A DNA stretch of 64,000 bases, from the NCBI GenBank assembly GCA_000002445.1, contig CM000208.1, positions 2,880,001-2,944,000 of the forward strand, given 5' to 3'. Position numbers and translations under genes: made by a program. Origin of the DNA: Trypanosoma brucei (lineage: Eukaryota). Shown one piece after another: positions 10,703 to 21,614 of the stretch (positions within the stretch are counted from its first letter, which is position 1; each line of letters opens with the position of its first letter). The notes beneath the pieces were generated by a model. The model did no database searches. It saw only the letters and a list, made by a program, of their open reading frames with translations, and was not told the origin of the DNA.

Positions 10703-12058
10703 ATGAGGGATGTACTAGCGAGCTTCATCGAAGCAAGTGCCGCCCGCGGGGCGTGGGAGTCCGCGCTAGCTGCGTGGAACACTGCTTTGTTTACTAATAG
10801 TAGAGAGGTGTCTTCTAACCATACACTGTTACTCACCCGTGTGTTGGCGCAGTACAGCCGCTGGCGTGAAGCGGTGGCTGTGGCTACCAGTGCGGAAACA
10901 GCATTGTGCAGTAGGCAGCTTGCCGCTCGGCGCGTGGCATTATTGGCAACGATAAAGGCGGGCAGTTGGAGGGAGGCCTGTCAGCAAGTGCTCAGTGTCC
11001 GGCGCTACCTTGAAAATAGCGCAGCAATAGGCCCCTCAGTCGGTTACACTGAGGAGGCTGAGATCAGTAAAGAGCTCTACCTGGTTGTGGAGTTGATTGA
11101 GCAGGATCTGTTGCAAGGGATCCCCACTGAGCAACGTGGGCTTTGGGACCCTGTTGTTGGTTGCTTACGGGGGAAGGTAGAGCGCCACCCTCCGAAACAA
11201 GCCGGAGAATTACGTCGGTGCATTCCTGATGTTGAAAACACCACAAGGAGTGATGAATACCAAATGAGGTGCGGTAGTGATGCTGATCACGTGACTAATA
11301 ACGAAGAGCTAGTTCATATTCTTCGCAAGCCAAAGGAGCGCAATTCGTGGTGCGGTGCACTTCGGCTTCTGTTGGACATGCAGCACCCTAACGCTGCCTC
11401 AGTTAATATTGTGATTACCATTTTAAAGTCGCAAGGTCGTGAAGCGGAAGTACTTAGGGTGGTCAACGACTTTATGGTGTCGCGGAAGATTCAACCAACA
11501 GCAATAACGGTGAAGGCTGTATCAGAGGCCGCAAACACCATGCGGTCCCTTCCCCTTTGTATATCCATTCTTGACAACCCGTCGATGCGGGGCAAACTTA
11601 CAGCTCAGTCAGCCGTTCCAATGGTATTGGCACTGCAGCGGCTTGCTGAGTGGAAAAGATGTCTTGAGTGGTGGTCCTCCGTGCCTCCACCCACTACACT
11701 TTCGGGCGAGGGAACCACTGACTACAACTCCGGCGGTGTACCAAATCTTCGGCGGCATCTTAAGCTAAGCAGCTACGTTGCCGTCTGTTTGGCGGGTGGG
11801 GGATGCTGGTTAGATGCGCTCGCGGCTCTTCATTACGCTGCGCCATACGACCCACCCCTCGCGATTCTGTTCTCCCTCCGCGCACTGCGAGTGGCAGGAA
11901 ATTGGGAGGCTGCTGTGACGTTACTGCATAAAAATTGCTCAGTATGGAAAGGGTCAAAGGTAACGCTTCAGGTCCTGGACGTCGTCACAGAACAGAATGC
12001 AGAGAGTTGGATCCCGCCGCACGTTGTGCATATGTTGCGGGGATTATTTCGCTCGTAA
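10703..12058 (+). CDS. Hypothetical protein, helical-repeat, possibly PPR/TPR-like. The ORF-track start at 10700 is TTG; the ATG is at 10703.
   Basis: A 452-codon ORF on the same strand as the transcription unit. Helical repeat-like segments are present, for example ILKSQGREAEVLRVVNDFMVSRKIQPTAITVKAVSEA. Confidence 0.5.
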   Translation: MRDVLASFIEASAARGAWESALAAWNTALFTNSREVSSNHTLLLTRVLAQYSRWREAVAVATSAETALCSRQLAARRVALLATIKAGSWREACQQVLSVRRYLENSAAIGPSVGYTEEAEISKELYLVVELIEQDLLQGIPTEQRGLWDPVVGCLRGKVERHPPKQAGELRRCIPDVENTTRSDEYQMRCGSDADHVTNNEELVHILRKPKERNSWCGALRLLLDMQHPNAASVNIVITILKSQGREAEVLRVVNDFMVSRKIQPTAITVKAVSEAANTMRSLPLCISILDNPSMRGKLTAQSAVPMVLALQRLAEWKRCLEWWSSVPPPTTLSGEGTTDYNSGGVPNLRRHLKLSSYVAVCLAGGGCWLDALAALHYAAPYDPPLAILFSLRALRVAGNWEAAVTLLHKNCSVWKGSKVTLQVLDVVTEQNAESWIPPHVVHMLRGLFRS

Positions 12059-12355
12059 ATGCAAAACTTCTCGACAGTATATCGGATACGGGTGGTGTAC
12101 ATTCCATTGTGTCTACTTTGCATTTAAAACATGTGCCTTTCAGTGAGCCCCTGTATCTTTTTGAGTGGTTTCAGACTTATCGGTTCGCTTGGTCTATGGC
12201 TTACCCCCTTTTTTTCCTCACACTGCATGATGCAACAACAATCCAGCACCTGAGTGCATACTGACACACGTGGAAGGAACGGGTTGACGAACATTTAGGA
12301 GGAGTGAAGGCTTCAGATACTGGGGTTTGTAGGCATTCCAGTGTTAAAAGTTAAT

Positions 12356-13468
12356 ATGCGTGCAACTGCGGACAAACACGTATCGTTCGCCTCTGAGCTC
12401 GTGACGGCGTCGTGGGCAACGGCAAACAGTAAGACACGTGAGAGGAATACCACTTCCCGTTGTGGTGAATATCCCACTGACGGGATGAGCCTTGCCCTGT
12501 TCCATTCGGGGTCACTAGCTCTTCAAGCAGTTGATTCTCTCCGTCTCGAGCTCGAACTACCGCTTGTTGCCCGGTATCGTGTGGTAAACTATCTTTGGCG
12601 GCATTGCTATCAAAGTTGGCAAGAAGAAAACGCGGCGACTCTTCCTCCACGGCCCGCCAGTGTGGAGCACTCAGTTGACGAATATCTGCGCATTTGTCGC
12701 TGCGACGGGGGCATGGCGGGCGCGATATCATCCACATCGTTAAAACTTGTGGACGGCATCACACTCCATCGACTTACATACCTTGCGGATGATGCAGGCC
12801 ACCTTCATCCGTACTCGAGGCGGCTGGATCCCGTCACGAGACCAATTGTTAGGTTTCTGAGGCAAACATGCACGTTGCAGTTGAGTCGCCGACAAAACAA
12901 TATTATTTGTTTGCTGCCAAAACTCGTGGAGATCATCATTATCCTCTGTTATAAACTGGAGCTTAGTGCCCAGAGGTATGGACAGTGGCGACTGCCACCG
13001 CGTCACCTCACTTCCGAGGGGCGCAACTACCGAAAAAAAGGCAGTGGGGGCAAAAGCGAGCGGGAAGGTGGCGACTTCAGCCTTTCCCGCCTTACACACA
13101 CCTGCAATTCTCGCAGTAGTGTGTCTCTTAGTTGGACAAGCCGCTGTACATGGTGGTTAGCCCGGGCGTGCCAGCGCGCATCAGCTCGACCCCATCGACT
13201 GTTTGCACATCTGAGAGCGCTGCTGTTAGATCCCGGGCCCATGTGTCACGTAAAGGCTGGTTACTTACAATTCCTTGCACTCCGCTTCTTTCCTGACCTT
13301 CCGTCCATTCAGTATCCCGTGGCCACGTTCCATCCAGAGACTTTTGTGTGGAAGTCGGAGGATGGAAGTGCTAATGGTTTGGAGGAGACGGGCAAAACTC
13401 ATACACTGCAGGAGTCTCTGAATCATAAGGTAAAATTAAAGATTTCCCCGCATTCTAACTCAAAATGA
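12356..13468 (+). CDS. Hypothetical ORF whose coding status is uncertain. Its C-terminal half is Cys/Ser/Arg-rich and low-complexity. The ORF-track start at 12341 is GTG; the ATG is at 12356.
   Basis: A 371-codon ORF on the sense strand of the transcription unit with no recognisable domain. Antisense ORFs of similar length overlap it. Confidence 0.35.
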   Translation: MRATADKHVSFASELVTASWATANSKTRERNTTSRCGEYPTDGMSLALFHSGSLALQAVDSLRLELELPLVARYRVVNYLWRHCYQSWQEENAATLPPRPASVEHSVDEYLRICRCDGGMAGAISSTSLKLVDGITLHRLTYLADDAGHLHPYSRRLDPVTRPIVRFLRQTCTLQLSRRQNNIICLLPKLVEIIIILCYKLELSAQRYGQWRLPPRHLTSEGRNYRKKGSGGKSEREGGDFSLSRLTHTCNSRSSVSLSWTSRCTWWLARACQRASARPHRLFAHLRALLLDPGPMCHVKAGYLQFLALRFFPDLPSIQYPVATFHPETFVWKSEDGSANGLEETGKTHTLQESLNHKVKLKISPHSNSK

Positions 13469-13544
13469 AGACGGGGCTTTGATGGAATCTTCATTAGCTC
13501 TCACTTTGTAGTTCTCATCGTTTTAATACTCTTCTATGCAGTAA

Positions 13545-13566
13545 TATATACATATATATATATATT
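13545..13566. repeat. (AT)n microsatellite followed by an A8 run.
   Basis: The sequence reads atatatacatatatatatatat. Confidence 0.8.
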
Positions 13567-13917
13567 TAAAAAAAATTTACCCATGTTCTGCCGGGTAAAT
13601 GTCGCTATCCTTCGTTTAGTTGGCACTCTGTATGTTTTGTGGGGGTAGCCGCGTGTAGTTTTATTTGTTTTATTTTCTCGCGTATATGGCTTACTGGTAC
13701 GTTTCATGTTTTTCGTTTTTTTGCATTGGTGTCGTCCAGTACTTAATTCATCATATTCATCTTATATTTTTCCTCGTTATTGTTCCTGAGGGTATTTTGC
13801 GGAGGAAAAGGGAAGGAAGCTACCTGTTACATACCCGTTTATTTTGCTTGGTTGCTTCTTTGATTTCCGTAACGTAAACTCCAATACTGTTGTTGTGAAG
13901 GTCCGTGCAGCGGAGTC

Positions 13918-14601
13918 ATGCGATCAGCCACTGAATATACAGATGGTCTGCTAGGGCTTCCAACTTCACCGCAACTAGCCACACATAAAGAAAGAAGTGG
14001 AGGCACTCAAGTAGGCTTGTGCCCGTGCTTCCGCATCGCAGCCGGCGAATTCATGCACATATATGCGATTTTAAAGGAGGAGCGACTTTCCTGGCGAGAC
14101 GATTTTTTTGACGTTAGTCAGCTTTCAGTACCGCGAAGTACGTCGGAAGTGCTTGAGAGGTTGAACCTCAACTTGCCCTTCTACGCGGCCAACTACATGA
14201 CGGTGTGCATTGTCGTGACGTCTCTTTTATTGTTTCTCAACCCTTATTTCCTCATCTTATTATGTTCCTTAGTTCTCCTACTGCGTGGTTTGTTTCTCCA
14301 CGGGAAATACCAAGGAAGACCTAACCATTGCATCTATATAGGTGGGGTGACTGTCTCGTATTATCGCCTTTTGATTGTGACGCTTTTCGTTCTTTTTTTA
14401 TTTCCTGTTGTTTGGAGTGGGATCCTTAACCTACTTTTTCTTTTGCTCGTAGGCGCCGCTCTTGTTCTTCCGCATGCGGTGTCGCGTCGGCCTGTGTACT
14501 TCCATGATGAGGAACTAGAGAAGCGACGACCAAAGGCTCTTCAATATGTGGTTGTCTTTCTGCTCCACTTTTTGAGTTACATGGAGAGCCCTAACAAGTG
14601 A
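13918..14601 (+). CDS. PRA1 (prenylated Rab acceptor / Yip3) family membrane protein.
   Basis: RLSWRDDFFDVSQLSVPRSTSEVLERLNLNLPFYAANYMTV matches the PRA1 signature (RPW..FF...F..P.s..e...R...Nl.yf..NY). It is followed by two hydrophobic hairpins. Confidence 0.65.
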   Translation: MRSATEYTDGLLGLPTSPQLATHKERSGGTQVGLCPCFRIAAGEFMHIYAILKEERLSWRDDFFDVSQLSVPRSTSEVLERLNLNLPFYAANYMTVCIVVTSLLLFLNPYFLILLCSLVLLLRGLFLHGKYQGRPNHCIYIGGVTVSYYRLLIVTLFVLFLFPVVWSGILNLLFLLLVGAALVLPHAVSRRPVYFHDEELEKRRPKALQYVVVFLLHFLSYMESPNK

Positions 14602-15192
14602 AAATTATTTCTCCAATTTCCTACCTATTGCTTTGTGTTTTTTGCTTTGTTCAATCGGTGGTGTGTCCTGATCGAAGAGTAACACTGCATGAAAACCTCA
14701 GCCCTACATTTTTTTTGCAAGTGATCGATAGCGGGACAGGCACTTTTATTGTTTTATAATGGGCAACGAGAAGTGCTACAAGATGCTGTGAGGGTAATCA
14801 GTGCCTGACTATGCTTTTTTACTACTCATGCTTCGGTACAGCTACGCAACGTCACAACACCTTCACCTTTTTCTTACATGTGCACACACGTGTTCGCTTA
14901 TTTACCCTATGAGGGGTTCATTTTATTCCTACACTTTGTACCACGCTCACACTTACGTGCGGCGTAACGGTTATTGAATTTTTTTTCTTGTTTATTGTTT
15001 CTTTGAGTGCATTTGCAACGTGCATGCGTTGATGTTGGAGTGTATGTGTATATGTTTGCGCGCATTCTGAAGTATGCAGGGTTTACTGCACGTTACGTCT
15101 TCCCTTCCTTGTCGTCGAGTGCATAACTCTGACGTAAACAAAAGCAAAAAAGAGTAGAGAACAAATAGAGTGGAATACACTGCCCCATTTCT

Positions 15193-17301
15193 ATGGGAAG
15201 AAATAAGTCCCATGCGCCGTACCTTGGGGTATTAGAAGATGGCCTCAACACATTACAGCGCATACAACAGTGGGGAGCTGCCGCAGAGCTGTTATACACC
15301 CCGAACAGCCTTGTGAGCAGCCCACAGAGCTCGAACGAACCGCACGCATTAACTGTGGCCCGTCAAATCGCTACCATCATGGCGCGACTGAATGAATTGT
15401 GTAGACGTGAAGCAGAGGTGCTCCTAACGCCCCGATTGGCTCTTCTAGAACTGGCGGACGTTATCCGTCACGGTCTTGTCTCCTTTCACCAAGAGGGTTT
15501 TAATGGCCAATTAGGCAATGCCGAGGTGCTGGCCAAGTACGTCGCCCATCGTACAGCTCCGCAGTGTGGCGTAATAGAAGGGTTACATGTTATCACATGG
15601 GTGAGCGTGAAACTACGCATAGAGTTGTTTATTGAGCAACTACGCAAACGGGTTGATGGGGAACTTGCAGCAGCGGAGGGTGGGGGCAGCCGCACTGAGC
15701 AGCAACTGTCTGCATTGCGCACCACACAGCTGCTGTTCAATGACTTTGAATCACTTTACGACAATCTCCTTGTTACTTTTCCGTGCGTTCAGTATGCGGA
15801 CACAATCCCTGAGGTGGGTGCGCAGCTGATGCCAATCCTCTTGAAACAATACTATCAAATTGCAGAGTGGGTGGAGCTGGTAGAGTCCAACAACGCGCTC
15901 CCTCCCTTAACCGAGACGAGAGTGCAGTCCGTTGACGCGGAATCTTCATCCTTCGTGGTACGCCGTCAAAACCCAGAGGCACCTTTGGGTCTCGTCTTCA
16001 ATGAATGTGGCCGCATAGTTGAAATAGATCCTTCCGTCCGCAGTGCATCGGCATCTGGGGAAGAGCTGCATCGGCTCCTGCGGTGCAGCGAAAAGGGGGC
16101 AGTGGTAGTCGCAGTCAATGGAAAACCAATACCGCGCTCCCCACCGAGCAAACCATCAAAGGTGCTGGAAATGGTTCACGATGCCGTGAAGAAGAACAAG
16201 CGGGTTGTCGTGAAAGTGGCCAAGGAGCTATTTAAACAACCAAAAGTTCATCAGTTAGCGTTTATAATGCCAAACCAGGGAGGTGAAGGCTCTTCCGGCC
16301 AGCGCGCCACACTAGTGCTTCACCGTAGTGACCGGCTCACTCCTTGGGGTTGCCAATTTGATCAAGACTTAATTATAAACAAGATCCCCAGGCGGGAATT
16401 ATCCGAGGATGCTAAGAATTTCTTCACAGAGTACAGTGACCGAGTGAGCATCACGGCTGTGAACGGTGTTGAAGTGACGACGGTGGCTCAGGCGCAAGCG
16501 CTTTGCTCTGACACAGAGACTGCGGTATTAAGCCTTGTGGTCGTTACACCTGCAATGGCCCAGCAGCGAAAGAACCGCACCACGAGACAGGACACGTCGG
16601 TAACCTTGACCCCACAACAGATTGAACAGCTTCAAGAGACGCCGCTAGTTCCTGAACAGAAAACTCTACCTCCTCTGAATCAAGCCCCGGCGGAATTGTT
16701 GGAAAGCGACAGTGTCGTTGATGGCAATCTCGATGCAGCTCTGCTCTCAACCTCTATGGAAGACACCGGTGAGGTGGAGGATGTAACCCATGAACCCCAT
16801 TCACAGGTGGAGGAAGTGGACATGAACACGTATCAGCGCGTGGCAATTGATGTACACCACGGGGAAGATTTGGAACAGGAAGAGCGGCAGAAACAACAGC
16901 ACCTGGAGAGTGAAAGGCATCTCGAACCATCAGGCTTAGAAGGGTCAACGGATGCAGATGCTCCAGGTCCACTCGTTTTTCCCAACGATGTTGCCATCGA
17001 TCTGCTTACTCCGTCAGAGATGGTAATCCGGCGGCCATCCACAGAAGATAGATGGGGTCTCGTGCTTAACAAAATTGGAACAAGCTCAGGGGATGCACTG
17101 CGTGTCTTACAGCTTCCGGAGCTCCCGCCAAAGGGCGACACTAGGCGAAAGCATCCGTTTTACAAGACGTTCAAAAATCCATCCGTACCGACGGAGTGGC
17201 GCATCGAGAGCGTCAACAACACGCCAGTTTCAAAGGCAGCAGACATACTTGAAATAATGCGAAAATCTCTCAAGCTGAGTATTAAGTTTTTCAAGCTTTG
17301 A
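15193..17301 (+). CDS. Hypothetical protein with three PDZ-like domains and an acidic linker.
   Basis: Three segments show PDZ-like Gly-Leu-Gly/WG openings and beta-rich cores: PLGLVFNECGRIVEI..AVVVAVNGKPI, TPWGCQFDQDLIINKI..VSITAVNGVEV and DRWGLVLNKIGTSSGDALRVLQLP. An E/D-rich region lies at about 16700-16960. Confidence 0.55.
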   Translation: MGRNKSHAPYLGVLEDGLNTLQRIQQWGAAAELLYTPNSLVSSPQSSNEPHALTVARQIATIMARLNELCRREAEVLLTPRLALLELADVIRHGLVSFHQEGFNGQLGNAEVLAKYVAHRTAPQCGVIEGLHVITWVSVKLRIELFIEQLRKRVDGELAAAEGGGSRTEQQLSALRTTQLLFNDFESLYDNLLVTFPCVQYADTIPEVGAQLMPILLKQYYQIAEWVELVESNNALPPLTETRVQSVDAESSSFVVRRQNPEAPLGLVFNECGRIVEIDPSVRSASASGEELHRLLRCSEKGAVVVAVNGKPIPRSPPSKPSKVLEMVHDAVKKNKRVVVKVAKELFKQPKVHQLAFIMPNQGGEGSSGQRATLVLHRSDRLTPWGCQFDQDLIINKIPRRELSEDAKNFFTEYSDRVSITAVNGVEVTTVAQAQALCSDTETAVLSLVVVTPAMAQQRKNRTTRQDTSVTLTPQQIEQLQETPLVPEQKTLPPLNQAPAELLESDSVVDGNLDAALLSTSMEDTGEVEDVTHEPHSQVEEVDMNTYQRVAIDVHHGEDLEQEERQKQQHLESERHLEPSGLEGSTDADAPGPLVFPNDVAIDLLTPSEMVIRRPSTEDRWGLVLNKIGTSSGDALRVLQLPELPPKGDTRRKHPFYKTFKNPSVPTEWRIESVNNTPVSKAADILEIMRKSLKLSIKFFKL

Positions 17302-17961
17302 TAGACATGGGTATGAAGGGCAGGTTATGCACTTGCAAGGATTTCCCATATTTCCTTCCCCTCCTCCCGTCTTCTCATTTTTTTTTTGTTGAGACAGAAG
17401 ACGGGTTCGCACACCAGCGCGTATAAGAGTACCATCGTATGTATGCATCTACACACATGGCACTACATATCCTCACGAACATGCGTATACCTGCGTGTGG
17501 ATTTGTGCCTGTAGGGAGACATCATTTAGAGTGTAGTGGGAAATACCCAGATATCCCAATAGATGTAAATGGGGGAGGGGGGTGAAGGTGGTACCTTGGC
17601 CCAAATGAAGGGGTCACGCGCACTTTGCGAAGTACAACAGCAGGACTCGGGTTTATTTTTTCCGTGCTTAATCTCTCTCCAATTAGAATACGTATAGAAG
17701 TGCGCATACCAGCCTGTTTTAAGGCTTGGGCACGCCACAAGAGTGCTTGTATACCTATATCATTTTACGTCCCACTCTCCATATTTTTTTTAACTGATGC
17801 CATGTACTCATTTCAGTGTACTGATTCCACCCGCGCCGCTATGGGCCTGATTCGAATGGCTCACCTTGTTGATTGTTTTTTTTTTGTATGCAACTTCCTA
17901 GAGCACTTTAATCTATCGCTTGTTCAAAAGGGTAGTAAAATATTTTCGTATTGCGGCTTAG

Positions 17962-17976
17962 CACACACACACACAA
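17962..17976. repeat. (CA)n microsatellite immediately upstream of the second PRA1 gene.
   Basis: The sequence reads cacacacacacacaa. Confidence 0.7.
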
Positions 17977-17991
17977 CTATTGGCCGAAGCA

Positions 17992-18630
17992 ATGACAGAT
18001 AAGGATGGTGGCACTGAGATGTCGTTTGTAGACGGTGCAACTGAAGGGCAAACAGCCGGTTTCGCCGATGCACCCACCAGCAACCCCATGGGTAACGCCG
18101 CAATGATTGACCCTCAATCCTTCGTCAGTAAGGCGTGGGGTTTCGTAAGATTTCCTGCTGAAGCCGTGAGGCAGCAGCTCAATCGCGTGCGTCCGTGGAG
18201 CCAATTCTTCGACAGGGAACAATTTGCCTCGCCAGAAGGGTTTGGTGATGCGGTCTCGCGACTTCGCTGCAACGTGGTGCACTTCTATCACAACTATTTC
18301 GTCGTGGCGCTACTCGGATCATTAATTGTCCTGATAGTCAATCCAATGTTTAGTATATGCATGTTTCTCATGCTGCTAATGTGGGCATACACTCACAAAA
18401 AGCAGATGGAGGCGGCGGAGACAAATGTGAACCACTTGTTGATAGGAAACTACGAGATTTCGTTTTCCAAGGCGTATATTCTCATTAGCATTTTTGGCAT
18501 AATATCCTTTTTCTTGTTTAACGGCAGTTCTGTTATGTTCTGGATGTTTTTTGCTTCATTAGGCGTTGCAACCGTACATGCGGTGTTACGCAAACCCCAT
18601 TCGGAGAATGAATTGGCCCATTTTGTGTAG
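17992..18630 (+). CDS. PRA1 (prenylated Rab acceptor) family membrane protein, the second paralogue. The ORF-track start at 17980 is TTG; the ATG is at 17992.
   Basis: RPWSQFFDREQFASPEGFGDAVSRLRCNVVHFYHNYFVV is a near-canonical PRA1 motif. Hydrophobic hairpins follow. Confidence 0.65.
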   Translation: MTDKDGGTEMSFVDGATEGQTAGFADAPTSNPMGNAAMIDPQSFVSKAWGFVRFPAEAVRQQLNRVRPWSQFFDREQFASPEGFGDAVSRLRCNVVHFYHNYFVVALLGSLIVLIVNPMFSICMFLMLLMWAYTHKKQMEAAETNVNHLLIGNYEISFSKAYILISIFGIISFFLFNGSSVMFWMFFASLGVATVHAVLRKPHSENELAHFV

Positions 18631-19412
18631 GAAATTGGAGTAGGGGAAACGTGTGCGTGTGGCTCCCGATATCGTTGTGGTCATTCATTAAGAAATAAGG
18701 CCTGCATGTTCAACAGATGCTGGGTGAAGGAAAGAAAGGCGGAAATTGCAATAAGGATAGAGGCCCTAAGATCGTGAATTTTTTTTTTAAAAAAAGCGAA
18801 AATTGGAGAGTGGTGGACTGTAGACGGGCACCGTTCTTTGCAACTTGGCATGCACGTAGAAGAGCAAAGTCGTGAAAATTGAACTGATGACATTGTGAGG
18901 CGCATGTTCTACCTCTAATGGTGGAGAAAAAATGGTTGTGAGGGAAAGAAACGGTTATGAGAGACGACCTGCTTGTAGTCTTTATCTTGTGGGGGGTTTC
19001 CTGTGTTGTGGTATGCGTACAGGGGGAAAATAAGGTGCACCTTAGGAAAGTTGAAGGCATGGAGAATTTAACTGCCCCGGGTGAACGCCATGAACTCTAT
19101 CACCTCTTCAGTGAGACTTCGAGAGAATTTTTTCTCCGATGGTTGTGTATGTGTGTGGGTTGATTTCTTGAAATGTATATGTACTCCTTTTGACTGCATT
19201 TTTCAGAAATCTATGTGCGCTGGCGGATTGCATACAAATAGAGCTGTTGTTACCGTTTGTATGAAAAGGGGAAGCTGACGCTGGGCTGGTATATCTTTTT
19301 GGTGTCGTTTTTTTTTTTCAAAAATTTTCAGCGTTCTTGTTGATATGTTCCCTTTCCTCCCACCATTGCGGCCATATGTACAAACATATACACGCGTCAC
19401 TAAAAAAGAGAG

Positions 19413-20090
19413 ATGACAGCACTGGTGGTCCAGCGGTTTCGCGAGTGCCAGAATTTATTGGACTCAGTGGTGACTAACCTCTGTGCCATTGAAAACTTTA
19501 CCTCGCAGCGTTCCACCGTGGAAGAGGCCGCATGGCGGCTCCGCTCCTCCACGTCCGTCCGGGATGCCGCGGTACCGCTTTGCTGCACGGACCCATTGGG
19601 GATGTTAGCCGTTTTCCCCGAGTCTGCTGTGGAGTTAATCATCGCTCAACATGATGATGATATGGCTGCTCTACTTCGCTCTTTGAACAGCACTCAACAG
19701 ATGTGGGGGAAGAAGTTGCAGCAGGCTAAAGAGGCACTGCAGTCGGGAGAAAGTGGGAAGGCCAAGGATGCGAATGTAGCAGACAAACAGAGGGACGTGT
19801 CACAAGTTATATGCACACGTAGTTTCATAGCAGTGCTGTCGCAGATGCATGGGTGGCTGAGAGCGCTTATTTTAGCCCTAAGAGCCGACTTGGCAAATCC
19901 ACCGCGAGCGGTAAAACTCTCGGAATTTTTGTCAGCTCACGACCCGCCATTGAAAAGCGATATTACCCCTGTTGTAATTGTGTCTCTAGAAGCAGCACTG
20001 GGACAACTACCGGATAGGGTGAGGCGTGAGTGGGAGTTATGTACTTCGCAGCACATGGTTGATGAGGCATGGGTGATGCTACTGAGTTGA
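19413..20090 (+). CDS. Hypothetical protein.
   Basis: A 225-codon ORF with an ATG start on the sense strand of the transcription unit. No recognisable domain. Confidence 0.45.
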   Translation: MTALVVQRFRECQNLLDSVVTNLCAIENFTSQRSTVEEAAWRLRSSTSVRDAAVPLCCTDPLGMLAVFPESAVELIIAQHDDDMAALLRSLNSTQQMWGKKLQQAKEALQSGESGKAKDANVADKQRDVSQVICTRSFIAVLSQMHGWLRALILALRADLANPPRAVKLSEFLSAHDPPLKSDITPVVIVSLEAALGQLPDRVRREWELCTSQHMVDEAWVMLLS

Positions 20091-20478
20091 AATCCGACGC
20101 GCTTAGATTTCAGCTCACATCGAGTTGTGACCGGTGAGGTAAGAGGGAGTGACTTTACATGGAAACCTTGTAAGACGGTTTGTTGCTTGACTTGCTGCTT
20201 ATTGCCTTTATTTCGTCTTCACAGCACTACTGAATTCCCGGACACCCATTACGTGCAAAGGGGTTGAACATGGAGCAAAATAAAGAGGGGGGAACATTAC
20301 ATTGGTGGTGCGCCACTCGTGTCCTCAGTAACCCTCTTTGTTGCGAGCATGGAGTGGGGAGGCGGATTCATGTTTTGTTTGAAAACGTAAAAAAAAAACT
20401 CTCTCTCCGCCACCTAAAACCTTTATATTGCGAAGGGACATAGACACACACACTCTTTGTGAAAAGACGCCTTTAATT

Positions 20479-21219
20479 ATGGTTCACCGTCAAGATGGAG
20501 CAGTCGTGCACTGCTCGAGAGAAACCGGCAGACTAAGCGCCATTATCGCACCTTCCATCCTTGCTTCGGACTTCGCCCAGCTCTTAAGTGAGTGCCAAAG
20601 TGTTTTGTCACCTGAGGGTGGAGCAGCAGATTGGCTTCATGTGGATGTTATGGATGGACACTTTGTCCCCAACATTTCTATAGGTATGTGTGTTGTTCAG
20701 TCGTTGCGCAGCCACCTGCAAGATGTCTTCTTGGATGTTCACTGCATGGTCAGCGACCCCGATCGTTGGGTTGAAGAAATGGCGAAAGCTGGTGCCACGC
20801 AAATGACATTTCACGTTGAAGCGGTAGCAGACCCCAAGGCTGTCGCCCGTCACATACGTGCTGCAGGTATGTTGTGTGGTGTAGCGTTGAAACCAAAGAC
20901 GCCCGTAAGCTCTGTTTTGAACCTTGTAGAAGAGCAGCTGATCGACATGGTATTGGTCATGACGGTGGAGCCGGGTTTTGGCGGTCAGTCTTTCATGCAA
21001 GACATGATGCCGAAGGTGGAAGAGCTTCGTGCAAGGTTTCCGTGTTTGAATATACAAGTGGATGGAGGAATTGGACCAGGAACAATCGATGCGCCTGCGA
21101 GGGCTGGGGCGAATGTAATTGTGGCGGGAACATCTATTTTCAGGGCAGACTCAAGGAAGGAGGCCACAGAAAGCATGCGACGCGTCGTGCAGGGTTATCT
21201 GGGATCCACAACGAGTTAG
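20479..21219 (+). CDS. RPE: Ribulose-5-phosphate 3-epimerase. The ORF-track start at 20428 is TTG; the first ATG is at 20479.
   Basis: IIAPSILASDFAQL ... HVDVMDGHFVPNISIG ... MTVEPGFGGQSF ... VDGGIGP are conserved RPE (TIM-barrel) motifs. Confidence 0.85.
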   Translation: MVHRQDGAVVHCSRETGRLSAIIAPSILASDFAQLLSECQSVLSPEGGAADWLHVDVMDGHFVPNISIGMCVVQSLRSHLQDVFLDVHCMVSDPDRWVEEMAKAGATQMTFHVEAVADPKAVARHIRAAGMLCGVALKPKTPVSSVLNLVEEQLIDMVLVMTVEPGFGGQSFMQDMMPKVEELRARFPCLNIQVDGGIGPGTIDAPARAGANVIVAGTSIFRADSRKEATESMRRVVQGYLGSTTS

Positions 21220-21614
21220 TTGGCAGTGGGCGAGTAACAATCATGCATTTTAGGATAAAACGAAGCTCGCGGGGAGATTAGTGAGAGTAGGGACTACTTA
21301 ACTACAGAGAGCGTTTACGTATTATCGGTGTCTAAGGCGATACGTGTTTATTGATGAATTATTTATATGTATGAGCGAACGAATGTTAGCGTTTCTGTAG
21401 ATATATTAACACTTAACAACCAAACCGAAGCGCGTCCTTTGGGTAAAGTATCATCATGAAATTAACATATCCTGTTGCTTTTTGAAAAAGCTTTGACTCG
21501 CGCTCTCAAAAAAAAAAAACAAATAAATGTGTCAACGAAGCATTGTTTTCTTATGTTTATTGTTATGAACTGCTCCAGTGCAGTACGGAGAGGAAGTAAC
21601 GTTGTCTCGTCTCT

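Noticed and set aside
17570-17600. A G-rich block (gggggaggggggtgaaggtgg) as a G-quadruplex.
   Set aside because: It has only two long G runs plus two GG doublets. At best it is a weak two-tetrad candidate, and intergenic G-rich patches are common.
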